In this document: positions 24,789 through 42,910 of the stretch, piece by piece | How positions within the stretch are numbered: position 1 is the stretch's first letter | Layout of the letters: every line of letters starts with the position of its first letter | Assembly: GCA_009914755.4 (NCBI GenBank) | Contig: CP086569.2 | Span: 62,048,001 to 62,112,000 of the forward strand | Length of the DNA: 64,000 bases | From: the human T2T-CHM13v2.0 reference genome, Homo sapiens | Direction: 5' to 3' | Translations under genes and position numbers: made by a program | Notes under the pieces: generated by a model | What the model was told of the DNA's origin: nothing | What the model saw: only the letters and a program-made list of their open reading frames with translations | The model's database searches: none

Positions 24789-27700
24789 GTGATGAGACTA
24801 TTTTATAGTCTCTGTGTATGGGGGCATTTTGACCTATCTCTGCACTGATCACCCAAGTGATGTAACACTTGACTATGCTCTGCCTATTGGGGCATAGTGA
24901 CATATCACTGCATTGATCACTCAGATGTTGTAGCTCTTGCCTAGGCTCTGCCTACATGGGCATTGTGACACATCTCTGAACTGATCAACCAAGTGATGTA
25001 ACCCTTGTCTAGGCTCTGCCTACAGGAGCTTTGTGACATATCTCTGCACTGATCACCCAGGTGATGGGACTTTTGTCTAGGCTCTGCCTACAGTGGCATT
25101 GTGACATATCTCTACAGTAATCAACCAGGTGATGTAACTCTTGTCTAGGCTCTGCCTACAGGGGGCTTTGTGGTATAACTCTGCACTGATCACCCAGGTG
25201 ATGGGACTCTTCTCTAGGTTCTGCCTATTGGGGGCATTGTCACATATTTCTGCACTGATCACCCAGGTGACGGACTCTTGTCTTGGATCTGCCTATGGAG
25301 GCAATGCGACATATCTCTGAACTAATCACCCAGGTGATGTAACTCTTGTTTAGGCTCTGGCCACAGGGACATAGTGACATATATCTGCACTGATCACACA
25401 GGTAATGTAACTCTTCTCTAGTCTCTGCCTACAGAGGGCGTTGTGACATCACTCTGCAATGATCACCCAGGTGATGTAACCATTGTCTAGGCTCTACCTA
25501 CATGGACATTGTAACATGTCTCTGCACTGATCACCCAGGTGATGTAAATTTTGTCTAGGCTCTGCTCACAGGGGCATTTTGACATATCTCTGCACTGATC
25601 ACCGACATGATGTAACTCTTCTCTGGGCTTTGCCGACAGGACTAATTGAGACATATCTCTGCACTGATCACCGAGGTGATGCAACTCTTGTCTGGGCTCT
25701 CCTTACAGGGCGCATTGTGACATATCTGCCCTGATCACCCAGGTGATATAACTCATTTCTAGGTTCTGCCTACAGGGGCGTTATGACATATCTCTGAAGT
25801 GATCACCGAGGTGATGTAACTCCTGTCTAGGCATTGCTTACAGGGTGCATTGTAACATATCTCTGCACTGATCACCCAGGTGATGTAACCCTTGTCTAGG
25901 ATCTGACTAAAGGTTGCTTTGTCACATAACTTTGCACTGATCATCCATGTGATGGGGCTTTTGTCCAGGCTCTGCCTATGAGGGCATTGTGACGTATTTC
26001 TGCACTGATCATCCAGGTGACAGACTCTTGTCTTGCATCTGCCTCTGGGGGCACTGTGAAATATCTCTGCACTGATCACCCAGGTGATGTAACTGTTATA
26101 TAAGCTCTGCCTACAGGGGAATTGTGAGAGATCTCTCCACGGATCACCCAAGTGATGTAACAATTGTCTAGGCTTTGCCTACAGGGGGTTTTGTGACATA
26201 TCTTTGCACTGATCACCCAGGTGATGTAACTCATCTAAGCTCTGCCTACAGGGGCCTTGTGACATATCTCTGCACTGATCACCCCGGGGAGAGAATTCTT
26301 GTCTAGGCTCTGCCTACAAGGGGCTTTTTGACATATCTCTGCACTGATCACCTAGGTGATGTAACTCTGATCTACCCTCTTCCTACAGGGGGCATTGTGA
26401 AGTATGTCTGCACTGATCACCCAGTTGATGCAACTCTTGTCTAGGATCTGCTGACAGGAGGTATTGTAAAATATCTCTGCACTGATCACCTGGGTGATGT
26501 AACTCGTCTACCCTCTGCCTACAGGGGGTATTGTGAAATATCTCTGCACTGATCAACTAGGTGATGTAACTCTTGTCTAGGCTCTGCCTACAGGGGCGTT
26601 TTGACATATCTCTGAACTGATGACAAAAGTGATGTAACTCTTGCCTAGGCTTTGCCTACAGGGGACATTGTGACATATCTCTGCACTGATCACCCAGGTG
26701 ATGCAACTCTTCTCTATGCTCTGCCTACAAACGGCATTGTGACATATCTCTGCACTGATCACCCAGGTGAAGTAACTTTTCCAGTCTCTGCCTACAGAGG
26801 GCGTTGTGACATCATTCTACACGGATCACCAGGGTTATGTAAGTCTTGTCTAGGCTCTGCCTATGGGAGCACTGTGACGTATCTCTGCACTGATCATCTA
26901 GGAGATGTGACTCTTGTCTAAGCTCTGCCTACAGGGGCATTGGGACATATCTCTGCACTGATCACTGAGATGATGTAACACTTGTCAAGGCTTTGCCTAC
27001 AGTGAGATTTATGACATATCTCTGCACTGATCACCCAGTTGATGTAACTCTTGTCTAGGCTCAGCTTACAGGGGGTATTGTGAGATATCTCTGCACTGAT
27101 CACCCAGGTGATGTAACTCTTGTTAGGCTCTGCCTACAGGGGCATTTTAACATATCACTGCACTGATCACCGAGATGATGTAACTTGTACAGGCTTCGCT
27201 GACAGAGGTCTTTGAGACATATCACTTCACTGATCACCGAGGTGATGCAACTCTTGTCTGGGATCTGCCTACAGGGGGCATTGTGACATATCTCTGCATT
27301 GATCACCGAGGTGATGTAACTCTTGTCTAGGCTCTGCCTGCTGGAGACATTGTGACATATCTCTGCACTGATCACCCAGGTGATGTAACTCTTGTCTAGG
27401 CTCTGCCTACATGGACATTGTGACATGTCTCTGCACTGATCACCCAGGTGATGTAAATTTTTTCTAGGCTCTGCCCTCAGGGGCATTTTGACATATCTCT
27501 GCACTGATGACCTAGATGATGTAATTCTTTTCTGGGCTTTGCCGACAGGAGACATTGAGACATATCTCTGTACTGAACACGGAGGTGATGCAACTCTTGT
27601 GTGGGCTCTGCCTACAGGGGGCATTGTGACATATCTCTGCCCTGATCACCCAGGTGATGTAACTCTTGTCTAGGCTCTGCCTAAAGGGGGTATTGTGACA

Positions 27701-30700
27701 TATCTCTGCACTGATCACATAGGTGATGTAACTTTTTCTAGGCTCTGCCTACAGGGGCGTTTTGACATATCTCTGAAGTGATCACCGAGGTTATGTAACT
27801 CTTGTCTAGGCTTTGCCTACAGGGGGCATTGTAATATATCTCTGCACTGATCACCCAGGTGGTGCAACTCTTCTCTAGGCTCTTCTTACAGGGGGCATTG
27901 TGACATATCTCTGCACTGATCACGCAGGTGACTTAACTCTTCTCTAGGCTCTGCCTACAAGGTGCTTCGTGACATCACTCTGTATTGATCATCAAGGTGA
28001 TGTAACTTTTGTCTAGGCTCTGCCTAAGGGGGCATTGTGACATACCTCTGCACTGATCACTGAGGTGATGTGAACCCTGTCTAAGCTCTCCCTATGGGTG
28101 CATTGTGAGATATCTCTGCACTGATTCCCCAGATGATGCAACTCCTTTCTAGGCTTTGCCTAAAGGGGGATTTGTCACATCTCTATAGTGATCACCCAGG
28201 TGATGTAACCCATTTCTAGGCTCTGCCTACAGGGGAATTGTGACATATCACTGCACTGATCACCCAGGTGATGTAACTCTTCTTTAGGGTGTACTTTCAG
28301 GGGGCTTTGTGACGTACCTCTGCACTGATCAACTAGGCGATATAACTCTTTTCTAGGCTTTGCCCTGAGGGGGCATTGTTACATATCTCCATACTGATCA
28401 CCCAGGTAATGCAACTCTTTTCTACTCTCTGCCTACAGCGGCATTGTGACTTATCACTACACTGATAACACAGGTGATGGGACTCTTCCCTACACTCTGC
28501 CTACAGGGGTCTTCATGACATATCTCTGCACTGATAACTCAGGTGATGGGACTTTTCTCTATACTCTGCCTAAAGGGGGATTTGTGACATTTCTGCACCG
28601 ATAACCCAGGTGATGGAAGTCTTGTCTAGGCTCTGTCTACAGGGATTTTTGTGACATATCACTGCACTGATCACCTAGATGATGTAACTCTCATCTAGGC
28701 TCTGCCTACAGAGGCATTTTGATGTATCACTTCACTGATCACCCAGGTGATATAACTCTTGTCTAGCCTCCGCCTACGGGGGTATTGTGACATATCTCTG
28801 CACTGATCACCCAGGCAATGCAACTCTTCTCTAGGCTCTGCCTACAGGGGTCTTTGTGACATATCTCTGCACTGATCACCCAGGTGATGGAAGTCTTGTT
28901 TAGGCTCTGTCTATGGGGTCATTGTGTCAAATATCTGCACTGATCACCCAGGTGATGTAACTCTTGTTTAGGCTCTGTCTGAAAGGATTTTTGTGACGTA
29001 TCACTGCACTGATCACTTAGATGATTTAATTCTTGTCTAGGCTCTGCCTACAGGGGCATTTTGATGTATCATTGTATTCATTACCCAGGTGATGTAACTC
29101 TTGTCTAGGCTCTGCCTATAGGGGGCATTGCGACATATCTCTGCACTGATCACCCAGCTGATGGAACACTTGTCAAGGCTCTGCCTACATGGGCATTGTG
29201 ACACATCTCTGAACTTATCAACCAAGCGATGTAACTCTTGTCTAGCCTCTGCCTACAGGGGTTTTGTGACATATCTCTGCACTGATCACCCAGCTGATGG
29301 AACTTTTGTCTAGGCTCTGCCTACGGGGGCATTGTGACATATCTCTACACTGACCACCCAGGTGATATAACTCTTGTGTTGGATCTGCCTATGGGGACAT
29401 TGCGACATATTTCTGCACTGATCACCCAGGTGATGGGACTCTTTTCCAGGCTCTGTGTATGGGGGCTTTGTGACATATCTCTGCACTGATCACCTACGTG
29501 ATGAAACCTTTGACTAGGCTCTGCCTACTGGGGCATAGTGACATATCACAGCATTGATCACTCAGATGATGTAACTATTGTCTAGGTTCTGCTTAAAGGG
29601 GCCTTGTCACATATCTCTGCACTGCTCATCCAGCTGATGAAACATTTGTCTAGGCTCTGCCTACATAGGCATTGTGACACATCTCTGAATTGATAAACCA
29701 AATGATGTAACTCTTGTCTAGGCTCTACCTACAGGGGCTTTGTGACATATCTCTGTACTGATCAGCCATGTGATGGGACTTTTGTCTAGGCTCTGCCTAC
29801 GGGGGCATTTTGACATATCTCTACACTGATAATCGAGGTGATTTAACTCTTGTGTTGGATCTGCCTAGGGGGCATTGTGACATATTTCTGCACTGATCAC
29901 CCTGGTGATGGGACTCTTGTCTAGGCTCTGTGTATGGGGGCTTTGTGACATATCTCTGCACTGATGACCCAGGTGATGTAATGCTTGACTAGGCTCTGCC
30001 TACTGGCGCATAGTGACATATCACTGCATTGATCACCGAGGTGATGTAACTGTTGTCCAGGCTCTGCCTATAGGGGGCCTTGTGACATACCTCTGCACTG
30101 ATCATCTAGGTGATGTAACTCTTGCTTATGCTCTGCCTGCAGGGGCATTGTGAAATATCTCTTTACTGAACCACCAGGTGATGTAAATCTTGTCTAGGCT
30201 CTGCCTACAGAGGGCATTGTGGCATAACTCAGCACTGATCACCTAGGTGATGGGACTCTTCTCTAGGCTCTGCCTACAGCGGTCATTGTCACATATTTCT
30301 GCACTGATCATCTAGGTGACGGACTCCTGTCTTGGATGTGCCTATGGGGGCATTGTGACATATCTCTGCACTGCTCACCCAGGTGATGTAACTCTGGTGT
30401 AAGCTCTGCCTAAAGGGGCACCGTGACAGATCTCTGCACTGATCACTCAGGTGATGTAACCATTGTCTAGGCTCTGCTTAAAGGGGCCTTGTCACATATC
30501 TCTGCACTGATCACCCAGGTGATATAACTCTTGTCTAGGCTCTGCTTACAGGGGGTATTTTGGCATATCTCTGCACTGGTCACCTAACTGATGTAACACT
30601 TGAGTAGGCTCTGCCTGCAGTGGCATTTTGACATACCTCTGCCCTGATAAGCAAGGTGATTTAACCCTTGTCTACGCTGTTCCCACAGGGGGATTGAGAC

Positions 30701-33700
30701 GTATCTCTGCACTGATCCCGAGGTGATCCAACTCTTTTCTGGGCTCTGCCTACTGGGGACATTGTGACATATCTCTGCACTGATCTCCCTGGTGATGTAA
30801 CATTTGTCTGGGCTCTGGCTACACGGCATTGTGACATATCACTGCACTTATCACCCAGGTGATATAACTCTTGTCTAGGCTCTGCCTACAGGAGGCTTGT
30901 GACATACCTCTGCACTGCTCACCCAGGTGATGTAACTCTTGTCTAGGATCTGCCTACAGGGTGCTTTGTGACATATCCCTGCAATGATCACCCAGATGAT
31001 GTACCACTTGTCAAGGCTCTGCCTACAGGGGCATTGCGATGTATCTGCACTGATCACCTAAGTCATGTAACTCTTATCTAGGCTCTGCCAACAGTGGCAT
31101 TGTGACATATCTCTGCACTGATCACCCCGTGGAGAGAATTCTTGTCTAGGCTCTGCCTACAGGGGCCTTTGTGAGAGATCTCTGCACTGATCACCTAGGT
31201 GATATAAAACTTATAAGCTCTGCCTACAGGGAATTTTGACAAATCTCTGTACTGATCACCTAGGTGATGTAACTCTTGTCTACCCTCTGCCTACAGGGGG
31301 CATTGTGAAATATCTCTGCACTGATAACCCAAGTGATGCAACTCTTGTCTAGGATCTGCCTACAGGGGGTATTGTGAAATATCTCTGCACCGATCAACTA
31401 GGTGATGTAACTCTTTTCTAGGCTCTGCCTACAGGGGCGTTTTGACATATCTCTGAACTGATGAGAAAGGTGATGTAACTCTTGCCTAGGCTTTGCCTAC
31501 AGGGGACATTGTGACATATCTCTGCACGGATCACCCAGGTGATGTAACTCTTTTCTAGTCTATGCCTACGGACGGTGTTGTGACATCACTCTGCACATAT
31601 CACCCGGGTTATGTAACTCTTGTCTGGGCTCTGCTTATGGGAGCATTGTGACTTATCTCTGCACTGATCACCCAGGTGATGTAACTCTTGTCTAAGCTCT
31701 GCCTACAGGGGCATTGGGACATATCTCTACACTGATCACTGAGGTGATGTAACACTTGTCTAGGTTTTGCCTACAGTAGGATTTATGACATATCTCTGCA
31801 CTGATCTCCCAGTTGATGTAATTCTTGCCTAAGCTCTGCTTACAGGGGTATTGTGAGATCTCTGCACTGATCACCCAGGTGATATAATTCTTGTCTAGGC
31901 TCTGCGAACAGGGGCATTTTAACTTATCACTGCACTGATCATCGAGGTGATGCAACTCTTGTCTGGGATCTGCCTACGGGTGGCATTGTGACATATCTCT
32001 GACCTGATCACCCAGGTGATGTAACTCTTGTCTAGGCTCTGCCTGCTGGAGACATTGTGACTTATCTCTGCACTGATCACCCAGGTGATGTATCTCTTGT
32101 CTAGGCTCTGGCCACAGGGACATAGTGACATATATCTGCACTGATCACACAGGTAATGTAACTCTTCCCTAGTCTTTGCCTACAGAGGGCGTTGTGACAT
32201 ATCTCTGCACTGATCTCTCAGGTGAGGTTACTCTTGTCTAGTCTCTGCCTACAGAGGGCGTTGTGACATCACTCTGCAATGATCACCCAGGTGATGTAAC
32301 CATTGTCTGGGCTCTACCTACATGGACATTGTAACATGTCTCTGCACTGATCACCCAGGTGATGTAAATTTTGTCTAGGCTCTGCTCACAGGGGCATTTT
32401 GACATATCTCTGCACTGATCACCGAGATGATGTAACTCTTCTCTGGGCTTTGCCGACAGGACTAATTGAGACATATCTCTACACTGATCACCGAGGTGAT
32501 GCAACTCTTGTCTAGGCATTGCTTACAGGGTGCATTGTAACATATCTCTGCACTGATCACCCAGGTGATGCAACTCTTCTCTAGGTTTTGCCTACAGAGT
32601 GCATTGTGACATATCTCTGCAGTGATCTCCCCGGTGATGTAACCTTTGCCTAGGCTCTGGCCACGCGTCATTGTGACATATCACTGCACTGATCACCCAT
32701 GTGATATAACTCTTGTCTAGGCTCTGCCTATAGTGGCATTGTGACATATCTCTGCACTGATCACCCATGTGATATAACTCTTGTCTGGGCTCTGCCTACA
32801 GTGGCATTGTGACATATCTCTGCACTGATCACCCAGGTGATATAACTATTGTCTAGGATCTGCCTACAGGCTGCTTTGTGACATATCCCTGCAATGATCA
32901 TCCAGGTGATGTACCATTTGTCAAGGCTCTCCTTAAAGGGGCATTGCGATGTATCTCTGCACTGATCACCTAGGTCATGTGACTCTTGTCTAGGCTCTGC
33001 CTGCAGTGGCATTGTGACATATCTCTGCACTGATCACCCAGGTGATATAACTCTTGTCTGGGATCTGCCTAAATGGACTTTGTGACAGAACCCTGCACTG
33101 ATCATCCAGGTGATGGGGTTTTTGTCTAGGCTCTTCCTACGGGGGCATTCTGACTTATTTCTGCACTGATCACCCAGGTGACGGACTCTTGTCTTGCATC
33201 TGCCTATGGGGGCATTGTGACATATCTCAGCACTGATCACCCAGGTGGTGTAACTGTTGTATAAGCTCTACCTACAGGGGAATTGTGAGAGATGTCTTTA
33301 CTCATCCCCCAAGTAATGTAACTATTGCCTAGGCTTAGCCTACAGGGGGCTTTGTGACATAACTTTGCACTCACCACCCAGGTGATGTAACTCATTTAAG
33401 CTCTGCCTACAGGGGCTTTGTGACATATCTCTGCACTTATCACTCCTGGAGAGAGAATTCTTGGCTAGGCTCTGCCCACAGGGAGCTTTGTGACATATAT
33501 CTCTGCACTGATCACGTAGGTGATGTAACACTTTTATAAGCTCTGCCTACAGGGAATTTTGACAAATCTCTGCACTGATCACCTAGGTCATTTAACAGTT
33601 CTCTACGCGCTGCCTACAGGGGGCAATGTGAAAAATCTCTGCACTGATCACCCCGGTGATGCAAGTCTTGTCTAGGATCTGCCTACAGTGGGTATTGTGA

Positions 33701-36700
33701 AATATCTCAGCACTGATCACCTAGGTGATGTAACTTTTTTCTACCCTCTGCCTACAGGGGGCAATGTGAAAAATCTCTGCACTGATCACCCAGGTGATGC
33801 AAGTCTTGTCTAGGATCTGCCTAAAGGGGCATTTTAACATATCTCTGAACTGATGGCAAAGGTGATGTAACTCTTGCCTAGGCTCTGCCTACAGGGGACA
33901 TCGTGACATATCTCTGCACTGATCACCCAGGTGATGTAACTCCTGTCTAGGCTCTGCCTACAGGGGCATTTTAATATATCACTGCACTGATCACCGAGGT
34001 GATGCAACTCTTGTCTGGGATCTGCCCACAGGGGGCATTGTGACATATCTCTGACGTGATCACCCAGGTGATGTAACTCTTGTCTAGGCTCTGCCTACTG
34101 GAGACATTGTGATAGACATTGTGACTTATCTCTGCACTGATCACCCAGGTGATGGAACTCTTGTCTAGGCTCTGGCAACAGGGACATAGTGACATATATC
34201 TGCACTGATCACACAGGTGATGTAACTCTTTTCTAGTCTTTGACTACAGAGGGCGTTGTGACATATCTCTGCACTGATCTCTCAGGTGAGGTAACTCTTG
34301 TCTAGTATCTGCCTACAGAGGGCGTTGTGACATCACTCTGCAATGATCACCCAGGTGATGTAACCCTTGTCTAGGCTCTGCCTACATGGACATTGTGACA
34401 TGTCTCTGCACTGATCACCCAGGTGATGTAAATTTTGTCTGGGCTCTGCCCACAGGTGCATTTTGACATATCTCTGCACTGGTCACGGAGAAGATGTAAC
34501 TCTTCTCTGGGCTTTGCCGACAGGAGGCATTGAGACATATCTCTGCACTGATCACCGAGATGATGCAACTCTAGTCTGGGCTCTGCCTACAGGGTGCTTG
34601 TGACCTATCTGCCCTGATCACCCAGGTGATATAACTCTTGTCTAGGCTCTGCCTCAAGGGGGTATTGTGACATATCTCTGCACTGATCACCCAGGTAATG
34701 CAACTCTTCTCTAGGCTCTGCCTACAAGGTCCTTTGTGACATCACTATGTATTGATCATCCCGGTGATGTAACTTTTGTCTCAGCTCTGCCTACAGGGGC
34801 TTCGTGACATATCTCTGCACTGATCACCCAGGTGATGGGACTTTTGTCTAGGCTCTGCCTATGGGGGCATTGTGACATATCTCTACACTGATCACCCAGG
34901 TGATGTAACTCTTATGTTGGGTCTGCCTATGGGGGCATTGCAACATATTTCCGCACTGATCACCCTGGTGATGGGACTCTTGCTTACGCTCTGCCTGCAG
35001 TTGCATTTTGAAATATATCTTTACTGATCAACCAGGTGATGTAACCCTTGTCTGGGATCTGCCTACAGGGTGCTTTGTGACATATCCCTACAATGGTCAC
35101 CCAGGTGATATACCACTTGTCAAGGCTCTGCCTAAAGGGGCTTTGCTGTGTATCTCTTCACTGATCACCTAGGTCATGAAACTCTTGTCTAGGCTCTGCT
35201 TACAGGGGGTATTTTGACATATCTCTGCACTGATCACCTAAGTGATGTAACACTTGAGTAGGCTCTGCCTACACTGGCATTTTGACATACTCTGCCCTGA
35301 TAAGCAAGGTGATTTAACTCTTGTCTACGCTGTTCCCACATGGGGATTGAGACGTATCTCTGCACTGATCCCGAGGTGATCCAACTCTTTTCTGGGCTCT
35401 GCCTACTGGGGACATTGTGACATATCTCTGCACTGATCTCCCAGGTGATGAAACTTTTGTCTAGGCTCTGGCTACACGGCATTGTGACATATCACTGCAC
35501 TTATCACCCAGGTGATATAACTCTTGTCTAGGCTCTGCCTACAGGGACCTTGTGACATATCTCTGCACTGCTCACCCAGGTGATGTACCATCTGTCAAGG
35601 CTCTGCCTACAGAGGCATTGCGATGTATCTCTGCACTGATCACCTAGGTCATGTAACTCTTGTCTAGACTCTGCCTACACTGGCATTGTGACATATCCCT
35701 GCACTGATCACCCAGGTTATGTAACTCTTGTCTAGGATCTGCCTACAGGGTGCTTTGTGACATATGCCTGCAATTATCACCCAGGTGATGTACCACTTGT
35801 CAAGGCTCTGCCTACAGGAGCATTGTTATGTATCTCTGCACTGATCACCTGGGTCATGTAACTCTTGCCTAGGCTCTGCCTACAGTGGCATTGCGACATA
35901 TCTCTGCTCTGATCACCCAACTGATTTAACTCTTGTCTAGGATCTGCCTAAAGGGTCTTTGTGACGTAACTCTGCCCTCATCATCCAGGTGATGGGGCTT
36001 TTGTCTAGGCTCTGCCTACGGGGGCATTGTGACGTATTTCTGCTCTGATCACCCAGGTGACGGACTCTTGTCTTGCATCTGCCTATGGGGGCATTATGAC
36101 ATATCTCTGCACTGATCACCGAGGTGATGTAACTGTTGTATAAGCTCTGCCTACTTGTGAGTTGTGAGAGATCTCTCCACTGATCGCCCAAGTGATTTAA
36201 CTATTGTCTTGGCTTTTCCTACACGGGGCTTTGTGACATATCTGTTCACTGATCACCCAGGTGATGTAACTCATCTAAGCTCTGCCTACAGGGGCCTTGT
36301 GATATATCTCTGCACTGATCACTCCCGGGGTGGGAATTCTCGTCTAGGCTCTGCCTACAGGGGGCTTTGTGACATATCTCTGCACTGATCACCTAGGTGA
36401 TGTAACAGTTTTATAAGCTCTGCCTACAGGGAATTTTGACAAATCTCTGCACTGATCACCTAGGTGATGTAACTCTTGTTTAGGCTCTGCCTACAGGGGG
36501 CATTTTGATATATCTCTGCACTGATCACCCAGGTGATGCAACTCTTCTCTAGGAACTGCCTAAAGGGGGTATTGTGAAATATCTCTGCACTGATCAACTA
36601 GGTGATGTAACTCTTGTCTAGGCTCTACCTACAGAGGCATTTTGATGTATCTCTGAACTGACGAGAAAGGTGATGTAACTCTTGCCTAGGCTTTGCCACA

Positions 36701-39300
36701 GGGGACTTTGTGACATATCTCTGCACTGATCACCCAGGTGATGTAACTCTTCTCTGGGCTCTGCCTACAGGGGACTTTGTGACATATCTCTGCACTGATC
36801 AACTAGGTGATGTAACTCTTGTCCAGGCTCTGCCTATGGGGGCATTGTGACGTATCTCTGCAATGATCAATCCGGAGATGTGACATTTGTCTAAGCTCTG
36901 ACTACATGGGTCCTGGGACACTTCTCTGCACTGATCACTGAGGTTATTTAAAACTTGTCTAGGCTTTGCCTACAGTGGGATTTTTGACATATCTCTGCAC
37001 TGATCTCCCAGTTGATGTAACTCTTGTCTAGACTTTGCCTACAGGGGGTATTTTGAGGTATCTCTGCACTGATCACCGAGGTGATGTAACTCATGTCTAC
37101 GCTCTGCCTACTGGAGACATCGTGACATATCTCTGCATTGATCACCCAGATGTTGTAACTCTTTTCTATGCGTGGCCACAGGAACATAGTGACATATATC
37201 TGCGCTGATCACATATGTGATGTAACTCTTGACTATTGTTTGCCTACAGAGTGCGTTGTGACACATCTCCGCACTGATCTCTCAGGTGAGGTAACTCTTG
37301 TCTAGTATCTACCTACAGAGGGCATTGTGACATCACTCTGCAATGATCACCCAGGTGATGTAACACTTGTCTAGACTCTGCTTACATGGACATTGTGACT
37401 TGTCTGAGCACTGATCACCCAGGTGATGTAAATTTTTTCTAGGCTCTGCTCACAGGGGCATTTTGACATATCTCTGCACTGATCAACGAGATGATGTAAC
37501 TCTTGTCTGGGCTTTGCCTACAGGAGGCATTGAGACATACCTCTGCACTGATCACCGAGGTGATGCAACTCTTGTCTGGGCTCTGCCTACAGGGACATTG
37601 TGACATATCTCTGCTCTGATCACCCAGGTGATGTAACTCTTGTCTGGGCTCTGCCTACAGGGGTTATTGTGACATATCTTTGCACTGATCACTCAGGTGA
37701 TGGGACTATTTTCTATACTCTGCCTAGAGGTGGATTCGTGACATAGTCTCTGCACTGATAACCCAGGTGATGGAATTCTTGTCTAGGTTCTGTCTATGGG
37801 GGCATTGTGTGAAATATCTGCACTGATCACTCAGGTGATGTAACTCTTGTCTAGGCTCTGTCCACAGGGATTTTTGTGACATATCACTGCACTGATCACA
37901 TAGATGATGTAACTCTTGTCTAGGCTCTGCCTACAGAGGAATTTTGATGTAACACTGCACTGATCACCCAGGTGATGTAACTTTTGTCTAGGCTCTGCCT
38001 ATAGGGGGCATTGTGACATATCTCTGCACTGATCACTCAGGTGATGTAACTCTTGTCTAGGCTCTGCCTACAGGGGGTATTGTGACATATCTCTGCACTG
38101 ATCACCTAAGTGATGTAACACTTGTGTAGGCTCTGCCTACAGGAACATTTTGAGATATATCTGCACTGTTAACCGAGGTGATGTAACTCTTGTCTAGGCT
38201 GTCCCCACAGGGGGATTGAGACATATCTCTGTACTGATCCCGAGGTGATCCAACTCTTGTCTGGGCTCTGCCTACTGGGGATATTGTGACATATCTCTGC
38301 ACTGATCTCCCAGGTGATGAAATTTTGTCTAGGTTCTCGCTACATGGCACTGTGACATATCTCTGCCCTGATCACCCGAGTGATGTAACTCTTGTCTAGG
38401 ATCTGCCTACAGGGTGCTTTTTGATATATCCCTGCAATGGTCACCCAGGTGATATACCACTTGTCAAGGCTCTGCCTACAGGGGCATTGCGATGTATCTC
38501 TGCACTGATCACCTAGGTCATGTAACTCTTGTCTAGGCTCTGCCTACAGTGGCATTGTGACATATCTCTGCCCTGATCAACCAGGTGATGTAACACTTGT
38601 CTAGGATCTGCCTAAAGGGACTTTGTGACATAACTCTGCACTGATTATCCAGGTGATGTGGCTTTTTTCTAGGCTCTGCCTATGGGGACATTGTGACGTG
38701 TTTCTGCCCTGAGCACCCAGGTGATGGACTCTTGTCTTGCGTCTGCCTATGGGGGCTTTGTGACATATCTCTGCACTGATCACCCAGGTGATGTAACTGT
38801 TGTATAAGCTCTGCCTACAGGGGAATTGTGAGAGATCTGTCCACTGATCACCCAACTGATGTAACTATTGTCTAGGCTTTGCCTACAGTGGGCTTTGTGA
38901 CATATCTTTACACGGATCACCCAGGTGATGTAACTCATCTAAGCTCTGCCTACAGGTGCCTATGACATATCTCTGCACTGATCACCTGGGTGATGTAACA
39001 CTTTTATAATCTCTACCTACAGGGAATTTTGACAAATCTCTGCCCGGATCATCTAGGTGATGTAACTCTTGTCTACCCTCTGCCTACAGGGGGCATTGTG
39101 AAATATGTCTGCACTGATCACCCAGGTGAGGCAACTCTTGTCTAGGATTTGCCTACAGTGGGTATTGTGAAATATCTCTGCAATGATCACCTAGCTGATG
39201 TAACACTTGTCTACCCTCTGCCTACAGGAGGCATTGTGAAATATCTCTGCACTGATCACACAGGTGATGCAACTCTTGTCTAGGATCTGCCTACAGGGCA
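24789..39300. repeat. Beta satellite (68-bp Sau3A family), ~213 tandem monomers
   Basis: The monomer is tgatcacccaggtgatgtaactcttgtctaggctctgcctacagggggcattgtgacatatctctgcac. It is 68 bp, carries the GATC Sau3A site, and is repeated head-to-tail from 24789 to 39300 with ~10-20% inter-monomer divergence. Minus-strand ORFs here (e.g. 27100-27624, 25759-26163: MISAEICHNAPCRQSLDKSYITWVISAEICHN...) are periodic artefacts. The 68-bp unit is not a multiple of 3, so the reading frame rotates. Confidence 0.9.

Positions 39301-42910
<3,610 letters not shown>

Noticed and set aside
24789-39300. Possible CRISPR-like array (regular ~68-bp direct repeats) and dozens of minus-strand ORFs of 60-175 aa
   Set aside because: The repeats are contiguous head-to-tail with no unique spacers, diverge by 10-20%, and match the 68-bp Sau3A beta satellite of primates. 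The sequence context (Alu, L1) is mammalian. The ORFs are frame-rotating translations of a 68-bp unit, which is not divisible by 3.
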